A stretch of DNA of 54,985 nucleotides, filler included, from Stramenopiles sp. TOSAG23-2 (GCA_900128395.1; 4 parts of 4 records of this genome joined end to end with filler, not necessarily neighbours in it); one strand, 5' to 3'. Counted from the first letter of the whole stretch, positions 33,285-43,987 are shown. Translations and numbers: made by a program. Notes: generated by a model not told the origin, from the sequence alone.

Positions 33285-34076
33285 ATGAATAATGGTAATA
33301 ATCCAGTAGCGCCGTCTACAACAAATTTAGTAGAACCACCGTCAACCATAAAAACAAGTAATAATATGGAACAGAACCGTGATGATAGTAACGAGGATGC
33401 GTTATCCACACCGTCTACAACAAATTTAGTAGAACCACCGTCAACCATAAAAACAAGTAATAATATGGAACAGAACCGTGATGATAGTAACGAGGATGCG
33501 TTATCCACATTGGTAGATATTATGAAAGATTTGGATACCCACTACAAAGCTGATGATGATATTGAAGTGTTAAAAGAAATTGGAAATGTCAGTGGAAAAA
33601 TAGAAGCAGTTATTAAGGAAAAGGAAATAGGACCACGGGAAATGATAAAACAATTAACGGACGAAGTACATAATGCAACCAACCGGGCTTTGCGACCCGA
33701 ACCATCTCAACGCTTTCTCGAAAGACGTGCGTCACTGGAAAAAGATATCGAAGATGTAGCATTGCGTATACAAAAACATGCACAAGAGGAACGAGCGACT
33801 TTAACGTCTATCGAAGCACTTGAAGCGAAATTAACAGAAGTGAAGCGTCGTCAAGCAAAACTTCAAAATCAAGGTGCTGTAGATGCACCACGTGTGAAAT
33901 ATGCACTTAGTTTGTATGGAAATATTTCCAATATCGTCTGGGATTATACTTCTGATAACGTGAAAGGTATTATAACATCACCATATGGCGGCCCTGTAAC
34001 AAATTTTAATATTGATCCAAGTTCTTGTACATCATTTGAAATTACAAATAGGTTATGGGGATTAAGCAATTGTTAA
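33285..34076 (+). CDS. SPC24: Kinetochore Ndc80-complex subunit Spc24
   Basis: Long coiled coil, then an RWD-type C-terminus LSLYGNISNIVWDY..NVKG..FNID...SFEITNRLW. A 99-bp in-frame duplication lies near the start. Confidence 0.8.
   Translation: MNNGNNPVAPSTTNLVEPPSTIKTSNNMEQNRDDSNEDALSTPSTTNLVEPPSTIKTSNNMEQNRDDSNEDALSTLVDIMKDLDTHYKADDDIEVLKEIGNVSGKIEAVIKEKEIGPREMIKQLTDEVHNATNRALRPEPSQRFLERRASLEKDIEDVALRIQKHAQEERATLTSIEALEAKLTEVKRRQAKLQNQGAVDAPRVKYALSLYGNISNIVWDYTSDNVKGIITSPYGGPVTNFNIDPSSCTSFEITNRLWGLSNC
33312..33509. repeat. Perfect 99-bp tandem duplication
   Basis: 33312-33410 = 33411-33509. Confidence 0.9.
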
Positions 34077-34159
34077 TTTTATACGAAAATATATACATCA
34101 TTTGAAATTACAAATAGGTTATGGGGATTAAGCAATTGTTAATTTTATACGAAAATATA
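34028..34159. repeat. Perfect 66-bp tandem duplication spanning the Spc24 stop
   Basis: 34028-34093 = 34094-34159. Confidence 0.88.
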
Positions 34160-34724
34160 TATTATATATTTCCTACGACGAAAGAAAAAGTGTGTGTGTG
34201 TGTGTTATGCCTTAAAAGATTAGTTTTGTTACAGATTCTCCTCGTATTATATATATATATAATATTATACATGTGTACACAAAATCCTACAAACGCATCT
34301 CGCTCGAGAAAGAGAAGTATAATACATTTGCACTCACATATATTTTTTTGTTTGAAATTATTTCAATATAATAATACCAGTAAAAATAGGATAATTTTTA
34401 GTGCTATGACACTAATAAACATTTGTATTCTAATAAATATAATTACATCCTGATCATCGTTAAAATCCTTAAATGAAAGCCTTAAGGCCTCTGCCGCATT
34501 TTTGGTTGTTGTTGTTGTTCAAAATAGAACAATATACCCACTCTATTCTCTATTCTAACTATTGCAGCTATTATCATACATATAATACAAACTAATTCTA
34601 CTATAATATAATGTATATATTGCTCTGTGAGAACAATGGAAACTTATACTGCTAGCTATAACCATATGTTATTATCAACATTTGTATATATATATATGAC
34701 ATAGTAGATACATGTTGTATTAGG

Positions 34725-36635
34725 ATGGATCACCCATTCAATAGTATGATAGGCAAATTTATATGCCACTTCGATGCAGATTCATTTTATTGTGCATGTG
34801 AATGTATTCGTAGGCCTGAATTGAAAAAAAAGCCATTTGCTGTAACACAATTTAATTCTGGTGGCTTTGTATCAGTAAACAATATAGCACGATTAGCTGG
34901 TGTTAGGAAAGGTGATGGAATTGGTGCTGGTGGACAAAAAGCATTAGATCATTTTAAAAATCGCCCTGATGCTTTAATGGGAGAGGTTTTAAAAAGGTGT
35001 CCAGATTTGATCGTTTTACCTATGGATACAATATGGTATCGACAGGTTAGTTCAAATATTGAAAATGCATTGAAATTAGCAATAAAAAAAGAATTTTTAT
35101 CCTCCTCCGCGTCTTCGTTTACAACATCTATCACTACAGCTAATGACGGTAACAATAATAATAATAATAATTATAATAATGACGGTTATAATAATAAGAA
35201 GAACAACAACAACAATTATGGTGTTGTTGAAAAAAGTTCAATTGATGATTATTTTGTTGATATCACAAATCTTGTATTAAATAACTTATTGCATAATAAA
35301 ACGAATTACAACAATAATAACAATAATAGTAATATTAGTTACTATCAATATTGTAGTAGTAATAATAATAATAACAATAACCATGATGTCTTAAAGCATC
35401 ACACTATATCGAATTTAACAAAAAAGAATACTTGGATATATCTATTTGATGATGATAAAGCGGCATTCAACAGAATTCAAAATGAACGGATTTTCTCAAG
35501 CTTACCAATTCATTTACAATGTGCAGCAGAAATTGCATCAAAACTACGGAAGTATGTTGAGGAAACTGTAGGAGTAACATTGTCTGGTGGCATCAGTAAG
35601 AATAAGTTAATTTCACGCTTAATATCGAAGATCAAGCATCAAACAAATGTACAAACAATTATTGAAAACAAAAATGTTGAATATTTATTGAAATGTACTA
35701 AAATAAAATCTGTACATGGCTTAAAAGCTCAGTTTGGAAATCGCTTAATTAATGATTTCAACGTAGAATTTTTATCAGATTTACGTAAGATAAAATATAA
35801 TACTTTAGAACAAAAGTATGGAAAAAATAAAGCAAATTTAATCTATGAATATTCACGTGGGCAAGATTCATCAAATGTAGTCAACAGGCCACCAATTAAA
35901 TCATTATTATCAGAACAAAGTTTTGCGCCTATAGATATGATTAAACAAAATAATATATTGCAGCAAAAAGTCAATGAACTTGTATCTTTATTTATCGATC
36001 GTTTATTATTGTTGGAAAATAGGATACCCACTTTGTTTATAATAAAATTTCGACATTTATACGATCAAATAATTTCTAAATCAAAACCATTTCCTAAATT
36101 ACATTTATTCAAAATCAAAAATGGTAATAAAAAGGATGACAATGATAGCAATGAATGTAAGAAATATGATACTGATGATAGATCTAAAGATCGACAAAGA
36201 CTATTTGATATTATTTATCAGATTTTAAATAATTTTGGTAATAAAAAACTAAAATTATCACGATTAGCGCTAATTGCAGGGAATTTTCAAGAAATGAATA
36301 CAAATCAAAAGTCGATAATTCAAATGTTTAAGAAGAAACCGAACGCCATAACCACGCTGAAAAAAAAAATCATTGAAACTAATAATATAGTACGTCGAAA
36401 GGTACACAATGTACAGAATTATTATAAATGCCAATTGTGTGATAAAATGATTCATATAGATAAAAAGCAAGAGCATGAAGATTTTCATTATGCTTTAAAT
36501 GTGTCAAAGTTGGAAGAGCGCAACAATGAGCACTACAAGAAAAAGAAAAGAAAAAATGGGAATAATAATGATATTAGAAACTGGGTAATAAAAAAAAAAA
36601 AACGCCGGGGGAGAGGACTTGAAGAGAGAAAATAA
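34725..36635 (+). CDS. Y-family translesion DNA polymerase (pol eta-like) with C-terminal UBZ finger
   Basis: HFDADSFYCACE (motif I), AVTQ, IARLAGV, KSSIDDYFVD and SGGISKNKLISRL; PIP-like QKSIIQMF; UBZ CQLCDK....EHEDFHYA; basic NLS-like tail. Confidence 0.85.
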   Translation: MDHPFNSMIGKFICHFDADSFYCACECIRRPELKKKPFAVTQFNSGGFVSVNNIARLAGVRKGDGIGAGGQKALDHFKNRPDALMGEVLKRCPDLIVLPMDTIWYRQVSSNIENALKLAIKKEFLSSSASSFTTSITTANDGNNNNNNNYNNDGYNNKKNNNNNYGVVEKSSIDDYFVDITNLVLNNLLHNKTNYNNNNNNSNISYYQYCSSNNNNNNNHDVLKHHTISNLTKKNTWIYLFDDDKAAFNRIQNERIFSSLPIHLQCAAEIASKLRKYVEETVGVTLSGGISKNKLISRLISKIKHQTNVQTIIENKNVEYLLKCTKIKSVHGLKAQFGNRLINDFNVEFLSDLRKIKYNTLEQKYGKNKANLIYEYSRGQDSSNVVNRPPIKSLLSEQSFAPIDMIKQNNILQQKVNELVSLFIDRLLLLENRIPTLFIIKFRHLYDQIISKSKPFPKLHLFKIKNGNKKDDNDSNECKKYDTDDRSKDRQRLFDIIYQILNNFGNKKLKLSRLALIAGNFQEMNTNQKSIIQMFKKKPNAITTLKKKIIETNNIVRRKVHNVQNYYKCQLCDKMIHIDKKQEHEDFHYALNVSKLEERNNEHYKKKKRKNGNNNDIRNWVIKKKKRRGRGLEERK

Positions 36636-36732
36636 ATAATATATTAAAATCCTTTTAGATACATTAAAATATGTACTCTCTCGGTAAAATAAAAATAATT
36701 TTTATAAAATATGCATCATGTAATAAAAATCA

Positions 36733-36958
36733 CTCAAATTTTTCCATCAAATGCACTTTCCAAATCAAGCAATAAAGCAATTCTTTCGAAACGATTACCT
36801 TTACTACTTTCAGTTCGCAATAAAACTTTATTTTGATTACAAATGCTCAAATTTTTCCATCAAATGCACTTTCCAAATCAAGCAATAAAGCAATTCTTTC
36901 GAAACGATTACCTTTACTACTTTCAGTTCGCAATAAAACTTTATTTTGATTACAAATG
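36733..36958. repeat. Perfect 113-bp tandem duplication spanning a stop codon
   Basis: 36733-36845 = 36846-36958. Confidence 0.9.
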
Positions 36959-38367
36959 CGCCTTATGTCATCAGTCGAGACATATACAGCACGGATGTTA
37001 CCAGGCTGTTGAACATCCTCTAGTTTGTATTTAACACCATTATTTACTTCAGACACTACTCTATATACAGATACAATATTTTTCTTACCAGCCAATGTGA
37101 TTTCTTTTGGTGCCATTAATAAGCTGTGCTCATCACCCGCATCATAAGTACCCTTTAATAAATTTTCCTCCAGTGGATTATTTTGTTGTATTGGCGTTGG
37201 TAAAAACAAAGGGCTACCATTGTTGTTGTCATTATTATCATTATTATAATCGTCATTATCATTATTACTTAAACCTAACATACCGAGTGCGGTATCTAGC
37301 TTTTTTTCGACTGGAGTTTTCGTTTCCTCCGTCATTGCTCTCATTGGTGTTATTGGTGGTGCATACCCACCACCGACTCTACGCTGTTTCGTATTCGGTG
37401 TTGATACTCTTGATACAAATTCTCCAGCTGGAACACCTGAAGAACCAGCTTGGTTGATGCCTCTATGATACATTTCCTTTAGCATAACTTCCCCCCGCGT
37501 TTGCACTTTTGTTTTTTGCCTACGTTCTTTAACAACAGCAGGTAAAAGCCTAGGCGTACGGTTTCCTAAGGTCCATTCATAATCCGATATACGTTTTTTC
37601 TTTTTTTTCTTTTTTTTAGGCATAACCTTTCTCATTGCTTCGCGTAAACGCACATGCCTTCGCCAATGCTCCCGTTGATTTTTGTTACTATAGTACGGTT
37701 CTGCCTTTTGTAAAAAATGTAGTAGCTCCTGGTTATGTTTGTTAACAACGTCTAGCTCTACTTGACGGGCTACTCGCAAATGTTTTGTATGGTCTAATGC
37801 GTGTTTTAATTGTTTTTTTCTCCATGTTGGATCTAGAGTTTCAGAAATTTCAGTCTTTTCAAATTGTAAATTGGATATATTTTTTAACATATGTAAATTT
37901 TCACGTTGTAACTTTCTTTCATGCAATAGTCGCTCTCTTGCTCTAGCTTCCGTTGTATCAAATAATATTGCTAATTTATCGGCTAAAACTTCATGTTCTT
38001 CAACGTCTTCAACAACGTATGACTTTGCGTGTCTTATTAGTTTACAATGTACAGCACGCATTTCCTTTAACCACGAAAACGTTACTTTACTAACACCCAT
38101 ACCTTCTTGATCATTATAATCAGCAAACTGATGCTCACCAGGAATATTTTTATATCGCTCGAACCACCTTCTTTGTGCTTGATCCCTCCCACGTTGCCTA
38201 GCTCTTTTGACTCGTTCTTGTTGCGTCATGGGGCGCCTCTGAGATTGACGGCTACTAAGACCACTCCTAGATGTTTGCGAAGTTTTGAGTTTAGAACGGG
38301 CTGAGGAATTCGGCGAGTTATTCATCGGTGCTGTTTGTGCACGTATTGGTGGAGGTGAATCAGTCAT
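36847..38367 (-). CDS. Basic coiled-coil protein, CFAP97/KIAA1430 (Hemingway)-like
   Basis: ERKLQRENLHMLKNISNL and RQVELDVVNKHNQELLHFLQKAEPYY....EHW resemble the paired 'ENxxLLxRL..P.Y' motifs of this ciliary family. Recognised by eye only. Confidence 0.5.
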   Translation of the reverse strand: MTDSPPPIRAQTAPMNNSPNSSARSKLKTSQTSRSGLSSRQSQRRPMTQQERVKRARQRGRDQAQRRWFERYKNIPGEHQFADYNDQEGMGVSKVTFSWLKEMRAVHCKLIRHAKSYVVEDVEEHEVLADKLAILFDTTEARARERLLHERKLQRENLHMLKNISNLQFEKTEISETLDPTWRKKQLKHALDHTKHLRVARQVELDVVNKHNQELLHFLQKAEPYYSNKNQREHWRRHVRLREAMRKVMPKKKKKKKKRISDYEWTLGNRTPRLLPAVVKERRQKTKVQTRGEVMLKEMYHRGINQAGSSGVPAGEFVSRVSTPNTKQRRVGGGYAPPITPMRAMTEETKTPVEKKLDTALGMLGLSNNDNDDYNNDNNDNNNGSPLFLPTPIQQNNPLEENLLKGTYDAGDEHSLLMAPKEITLAGKKNIVSVYRVVSEVNNGVKYKLEDVQQPGNIRAVYVSTDDIRRICNQNKVLLRTESSKGNRFERIALLLDLESAFDGKI

Positions 38368-38377
38368 ACTTCTTGTT

Positions 38378-40060
38378 TTATATTCCTAAGATAATACCAA
38401 GTGATGTATTATGTACATAAATATCTTTGTATTTCTTGCGATTTTTTTTCTTCTTCCCTTTTAATTTTGTACTTATAAAACCATATCCACTTTTTTTCCA
38501 TACGCTTACTACACCAATCTCATATTTAGCAGTATCGCCATCATCATCGCTAACATTTTCATTATCAGCATTATCCATTTCATACGTATCGGAAACAATT
38601 TCTTGAGCAAGATTTTGCTTCTTTTGACTTTGTCGTTGTTGCTGCTGTTTAAAATGCTTTTTATGAGGAGATATGATTTTTTCTGGTATTAAATTGATAT
38701 ATTCCATTTTTTCACCATGTATGCGTCCTACATTTTTAATTTTAATATTATTTTCACGGCTATTTGCATTTATATTTTTACTACGAGAACTCCTTGAAAT
38801 TTGCATATGATTTTCTTTTTGTTGATGCTGTTCATCTTTATTCTTCTTCATCGTCTTAGTATTGTTATTATTTTTCAGATTTCTTGGACTTTTCATATGA
38901 TTTTGTTTTTGTTGAGGATGTTCATCTTTATTCTTCTTCATCGTCTTAGTAGTATTGTTAATATTTTTCATATTTGGATCATTACTGATCAAATTATTTA
39001 TTGGCATTTTCATCTTCACTTTGTTGATAATGTCTTCCCAAAATATTGAGTCTGTAGCAAATGAGGCTAATGTAGATGCTCCGCCTTCCTTTTCTCGGTG
39101 TATTATAATTGATTTAAATCCATAATCTTTAATCCTTTTTAAATCATTTGTAAAATCACAATCATTGGTAATAATTCCAATGCTAGTTTTAGTGACATCG
39201 GGAAAATCATATAATACATTGGATATATCATCAGAAATTAATTTATCTGCACGTTCACTTTTCTTTGAATTACCTATATCAACAACACGAACGCAACTAC
39301 GAATTAAATCGCGAATTGCATTTTTATTTACAGCACTACTATGTGAGCGTGGATTATGGTAACAACTTGTACGTATCATGGAATCATCATCAATAAATCC
39401 TTTTTCTTTAATCATTTCCTTTATTGTTACAAATAATTGAGAGGCATTTATTTTTTTCGGGATATTAATGTTTTCTATATCCCAAAATAAGAAAAAATAA
39501 TTTTGTTTCTTTCTTGGATTTGCTTCTTGTTCAAATATTTGTAACTTTGATTCGATTTGTTTATCAACTTGTTTTTTTCTTTTCTGTTTAACACGCTTTA
39601 TCATCATGTCATTAAATAAACTAAATTCAAGCAAGGGTTGAAATTCTTGAATTACCAATAGGACTGCAGTATTGTCGATGTCACTGTTATCATTATGTTG
39701 AAGTGGTGGTGATAATTTTATTAGTTTTGTATTGTTATTATTATTACTATTATTATTAGTACTATTATTACTTTCATTTGCAACTCTACTTTCAAATATA
39801 CGATAAAAACGGGATCTAGCAATTCCTAATGCTTCTAATCTAGTTGAAATAATATCTTCCGCAAATATTTGTATACGTTGAAAGGAATTGTGTTGGGAAA
39901 TCGTAAATGTCGTACCATCTTTAAACGCCTTGTTATCACTTAAACTATTATCATTCCAAGAGGTTTCCTCAATAGTTAAAGCATAATCCAATGCTTCTTT
40001 CCATGTATCGCCAGCAAGATATGAATGTAAAACTTCTACTGCGTATTTATCAGATATCAT
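38378..40060 (-). CDS. NYN-domain (PIN-like) ribonuclease with BART-like N-terminus and partial cold-shock domain
   Basis: NYN: FWDIEN, KSERADKLI, IITNDCDF. N-terminus resembles ARL2-binding BART (HNSFQ..AEDIISTRLEALGI...LLEFSLFNDMM). C-terminus GVVSVWKKSGYGFI...DIYVHNT matches CSD RNP1/RNP2. Confidence 0.75.
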   Translation of the reverse strand: MISDKYAVEVLHSYLAGDTWKEALDYALTIEETSWNDNSLSDNKAFKDGTTFTISQHNSFQRIQIFAEDIISTRLEALGIARSRFYRIFESRVANESNNSTNNNSNNNNNTKLIKLSPPLQHNDNSDIDNTAVLLVIQEFQPLLEFSLFNDMMIKRVKQKRKKQVDKQIESKLQIFEQEANPRKKQNYFFLFWDIENINIPKKINASQLFVTIKEMIKEKGFIDDDSMIRTSCYHNPRSHSSAVNKNAIRDLIRSCVRVVDIGNSKKSERADKLISDDISNVLYDFPDVTKTSIGIITNDCDFTNDLKRIKDYGFKSIIIHREKEGGASTLASFATDSIFWEDIINKVKMKMPINNLISNDPNMKNINNTTKTMKKNKDEHPQQKQNHMKSPRNLKNNNNTKTMKKNKDEQHQQKENHMQISRSSRSKNINANSRENNIKIKNVGRIHGEKMEYINLIPEKIISPHKKHFKQQQQRQSQKKQNLAQEIVSDTYEMDNADNENVSDDDGDTAKYEIGVVSVWKKSGYGFISTKLKGKKKKNRKKYKDIYVHNTSLGIILGI

Positions 40061-40201
40061 GTTTGATAATTTTTGTTACTATTCCTATACTATATCCAAT
40101 GCTTCTTTCCATGTATCGCCAGCAAGATATGAATGTAAAACTTCTACTGCGTATTTATCAGATATCATGTTTGATAATTTTTGTTACTATTCCTATACTA
40201 T
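39986..40201. repeat. Perfect 108-bp tandem duplication spanning the NYN gene start
   Basis: 39986-40093 = 40094-40201. Confidence 0.9.
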
Positions 40202-40832
40202 ATCGTGTAATCCGAGTTGTGATAGTTGATTGAAAAGAATTTTTGTTATTTCCCGATACAATTATTATTATTCTCTTTTTACTATCAACTCCCAACTTCC
40301 AAGATGAAATGTAAATGCACAAATAATTTCTCATTAAACCGTCTATCAGTATATTTGCATGTGCAGTTTTACCTTTCAATCCCATTCAAGGTGCTACTAT
40401 AACTACTCCTGGGTCTGTATACAGTTCAGTATACTAGATATATACATAGGATCGTCGTCTCATAGTAAGTTCCTTAAATTGTTTTTACTCCGCAAATATA
40501 GGGGATGGGGAATTTTAACACTACGTCTAAGTACGATAATGGGGAACTCCCGGAAAAGATCGAAATCATCCGTATAATATCATGATATGCACATATCGAA
40601 ATAAAGTTAATTAATAATTATTAATCTAATTTTTTACTAATGGTATCGTAAGGATCGTAGGTATATACACACATATTATATACACAAATAATATTACTTA
40701 TATTTTCTTCTTCTGTTTTTTCTTCAGTCATCATTTTTTATTAAGACTATTTGTGGATAGAGCGGATCCTCTTCTCTATATTTGTGCATGCCTGGCATGC
40801 ATTTAGATACTCAGTGTTTTAAAATCATATAA

Positions 40833-41116
40833 TTTTCTGTTTTAAAAAATATCATATGCTGTTTGTATTGGTATTATCTTGGGATCTTACAGGATAAAGA
40901 AAAAAATCATGAGAAGATTTATAATCTTTTTAACAAGAAAATTATTCAATCGCTCTTTTGACGTGAATTCCTCGTTTTCTGTTTTAAAAAATATCATATG
41001 CTGTTTGTATTGGTATTATCTTGGGATCTTACAGGATAAAGAAAAAAATCATGAGAAGATTTATAATCTTTTTAACAAGAAAATTATTCAATCGCTCTTT
41101 TGACGTGAATTCCTCG
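40833..41116. repeat. Perfect 142-bp tandem duplication
   Basis: 40833-40974 = 40975-41116. Confidence 0.9.
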
Positions 41117-41259
41117 CCATAGGTTTATATTTGCTACTTTCTCCACGACGATATTTGCTGCCTTCACCACTATTTCGATAAAGATAAGTAACGAGTAGAC
41201 CGCCAATTAAAAAATAACTAAAAGATGATTTTTCATAAAATCTGGCTTCACTAGTCCTG
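41088..41259 (-). CDS. 3' fragment of a probable single-pass membrane protein, cut by the linker
   Basis: Open frame from the gap: ...FSYFLIGGLLVTYLYRNSGEGSKYRRGESSKYKPMARNSRQKSD*. This is a hydrophobic segment followed by a short basic tail. Not in the ORF track. Confidence 0.45.
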
Positions 41260-41359
41260 NNNNNNNNNNNNNNNNNNNNNNNNNNNNNNNNNNNNNNNNN
41301 NNNTTAATTAATTAANNNNNNNNNNNNNNNNNNNNNNNNNNNNNNNNNNNNNNNNNNNN
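41260..41359. other. Artificial contig linker
   Basis: 100-bp N block with central TTAATTAATTAA. Confidence 0.95.
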
Positions 41360-42014
41360 AACAAGCCATATTTTGCAACGGGGCTTATATTTTCTCGCAT
41401 ATTAATATGTTTTGTACGAATATTTTAGGAAATGTAGGGAGAAGTGTGTGTGTACATTAATATTGATGGGTAAAAATCTAAGTTATATACGCTTCGTATG
41501 ATATCACATATCATATGATATTATAATAAACTCTACAAAGGCACATGTGTATATATATGATTATTTTATGATGTATCACATCATCATATATATAACAATT
41601 TTGAAGAAATTTACGGGGAAAAAAAGGAGAGAAAGAAAATTGTGTAATTACATATAGACTATAGACATTTCTCTTGGTCCATCATCCCTCTAATCCTATA
41701 TTTGTGTTTTTCCAATATTTTTTTTAAATTTAAATACGAAGTTCGTACAAATTTAAAAATCGTACGTATTAAATACAATATGGTCCACAGACCCACTCTT
41801 TTCTCTCTCTCACACACACACACACACTTTGTTTTAATATATATATATATAATATGTTTTCGTATATAAAAAGTTGGATATCTCTGTCTCTCATATAAAA
41901 AATACGAACCATCCAGTTTAAAAAACATCGATTCATCCACAGAATATACACATGGTATGCCATATATATTTTATTCTCTTTTTTTATATAAATATATTAA
42001 TATTATGAATGTTC

Positions 42015-43214
42015 TTACTTTTTCAAATTACTACCACTATTACTATTACGATTGTTATTATTACTTTTACTTGAATTGCCATTACGTTTTTCAATGCCTT
42101 GCAATGCTTTATCTCCTAAAATAGGTGGCCAATTTGAGTCATCTCTATGATGTTCTGGTATTAATTTTTCTGCCATCTCCGCAGTTACAAACCTCATCTC
42201 AGGGCCTTTGAAATTAAACAATGGTGGTGGATTATTTATAACAATACCATTTTCTAATTTTAATTGAAACTTGCTATCGCGTAATTCATCAAAAAATGGG
42301 CTGCACAATGCTTCCATCGGCGATACGCGATGCTTTGGTTCATACATCAAAATTTTAGCTACTAGCGTCACGGCATTTTCCGGGGTACGCGGTCGAAAAA
42401 CACGGTCCCATGGATTTTTTGGTAAATGTGGAAATTTAAATTCTGTATAATTCGGATTCATCGATTTAATTTGTTGTCGTGTTGGTGTACCTAATACTTT
42501 AATAATTTCAACTAATTGATCCACACCACTTTCACCAGGAAACAACGGTTGGCCAATCAAAAGCTCTGCCATGACACATCCGCTGGACCATACGTCTATT
42601 GCCGTGCTATAATCTGTTGCACCAAAAATTAGCTCCGGGGCCCTATAATACCTTGAACAAATATATGAAACATTTGGCTCGCCTTTTACTAATGTTTTAG
42701 CGCTACCAAAATCACATAATTTCAATGTACAAGTTTTTTCATTCACTAATAAATTTTGTGGTTTTATATCACGATGACATATACCCAATGAATGTATATA
42801 TGCTAATGAACGTAGCAACTGGTACATGTACATCTTCACCGTAAGATTGGGCAATATTGTTTTATTTTTTTGAGCATTTCTAGCGACACGATATACTGTG
42901 TCTGGTACATATTCTAATACCAAGTTTAAATATACTTCATCTTGTTTTTCACCTTGTGAATAAAAACAATGTTTTAAATCAACAATATTTGTATGTGATA
43001 ATTGCTTCATGATTGATAATTCCCTATTTTTAAACCGCTTATCTTGCAAGACCTTTTTAATTGCAACTATTTCCCCCGTCTGTACTACAGTCGCTTGGAA
43101 GACAACGCCAAATGAACCGTTTCCTATGATCCGTTCCGCATTATATGATATTGCTTGCCCGTCCGCACCTTTCACACGGGATGATAAACGGGACGCTTTG
43201 TTTGACGATGACAT
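42015..43214 (-). CDS. GSK3: Glycogen synthase kinase 3 / shaggy-like kinase
   Basis: [50 protein letters not shown] and [21 protein letters not shown]. Confidence 0.98.
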   Translation of the reverse strand: MSSSNKASRLSSRVKGADGQAISYNAERIIGNGSFGVVFQATVVQTGEIVAIKKVLQDKRFKNRELSIMKQLSHTNIVDLKHCFYSQGEKQDEVYLNLVLEYVPDTVYRVARNAQKNKTILPNLTVKMYMYQLLRSLAYIHSLGICHRDIKPQNLLVNEKTCTLKLCDFGSAKTLVKGEPNVSYICSRYYRAPELIFGATDYSTAIDVWSSGCVMAELLIGQPLFPGESGVDQLVEIIKVLGTPTRQQIKSMNPNYTEFKFPHLPKNPWDRVFRPRTPENAVTLVAKILMYEPKHRVSPMEALCSPFFDELRDSKFQLKLENGIVINNPPPLFNFKGPEMRFVTAEMAEKLIPEHHRDDSNWPPILGDKALQGIEKRNGNSSKSNNNNRNSNSGSNLKK

Positions 43215-43694
43215 GTTGATGAAGAAATGGATATTATTATACTTATTACTTTATGTTATATATTATATATAGACTTTTTATTATACTATTTGTAATAAGT
43301 TGATATATATATCTTATGTATATATATATATCTTTACATCTATCTATCCGATCTCCTTGTACACGATTTACTAAGAAGAGATCTATCAACTTGGTATATA
43401 AATATAATAGATTTGATTTATTTTTCAGTCATTTTTGATCGATCTTTGTTGTTGGATTATTCAATTATTATTATTATTGAGCCTACCAGGATTATACCAT
43501 TAGGTATTATGGAACACATCATCACGATGTTTAGCGCCAGCTGGGCCAAGCTACTAGCCCAGCTAGCTACTGTACTAGCTACTGTACAATACAGTAGCTC
43601 GACTATGTTTAAGGTGGTGGTAAATCTAATGTCTGAGCACTCTCTGTCTGGGTTCTCTCGCTGGATTGCTGGGTGGAATTAGCTGGCCACCCAA

Positions 43695-43965
43695 ACACCA
43701 TCACTCTCTATCTTATACTACTAAGTATAAATGTATCCGATCAAACCCCATAAAACTAAGATAGTGTCTATATTATACTACTAAGTATAAATGTATCCAA
43801 TCAACCCCCATAAAACTAAGATAGTGTCTATATTATACTACTAAGTATAAATGTATCCTATCAACCCCCATAAAACTAAGATAGTGTTTATCTTATACTA
43901 CTAAGTATAATCATCCTATCAAAACCCATTAGATGGGATCAAAAACCAGTACTTTGTACACCATC
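43695..43965 (+). mobile_element. Putative non-autonomous element: 60-bp tandem units flanked by ACACCATC direct repeats
   Basis: Three near-identical 60-bp units plus a variant fourth, each with hairpin TTATACT-ACTA-AGTATAA. Terminal hairpin CCCAT-TAG-ATGGG. ACACCATC at 43695-43702 and 43958-43965. A second copy lies inverted at the window end. Confidence 0.6.
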
Positions 43966-43987
43966 TTCCACCGATAAATTGGAATAT

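Noticed and set aside
43707-43930. 60-bp periodic array with palindromes as a CRISPR array
   Set aside because: Units are near-identical along their whole length, with no unique spacers and no cas genes, in a eukaryotic context.
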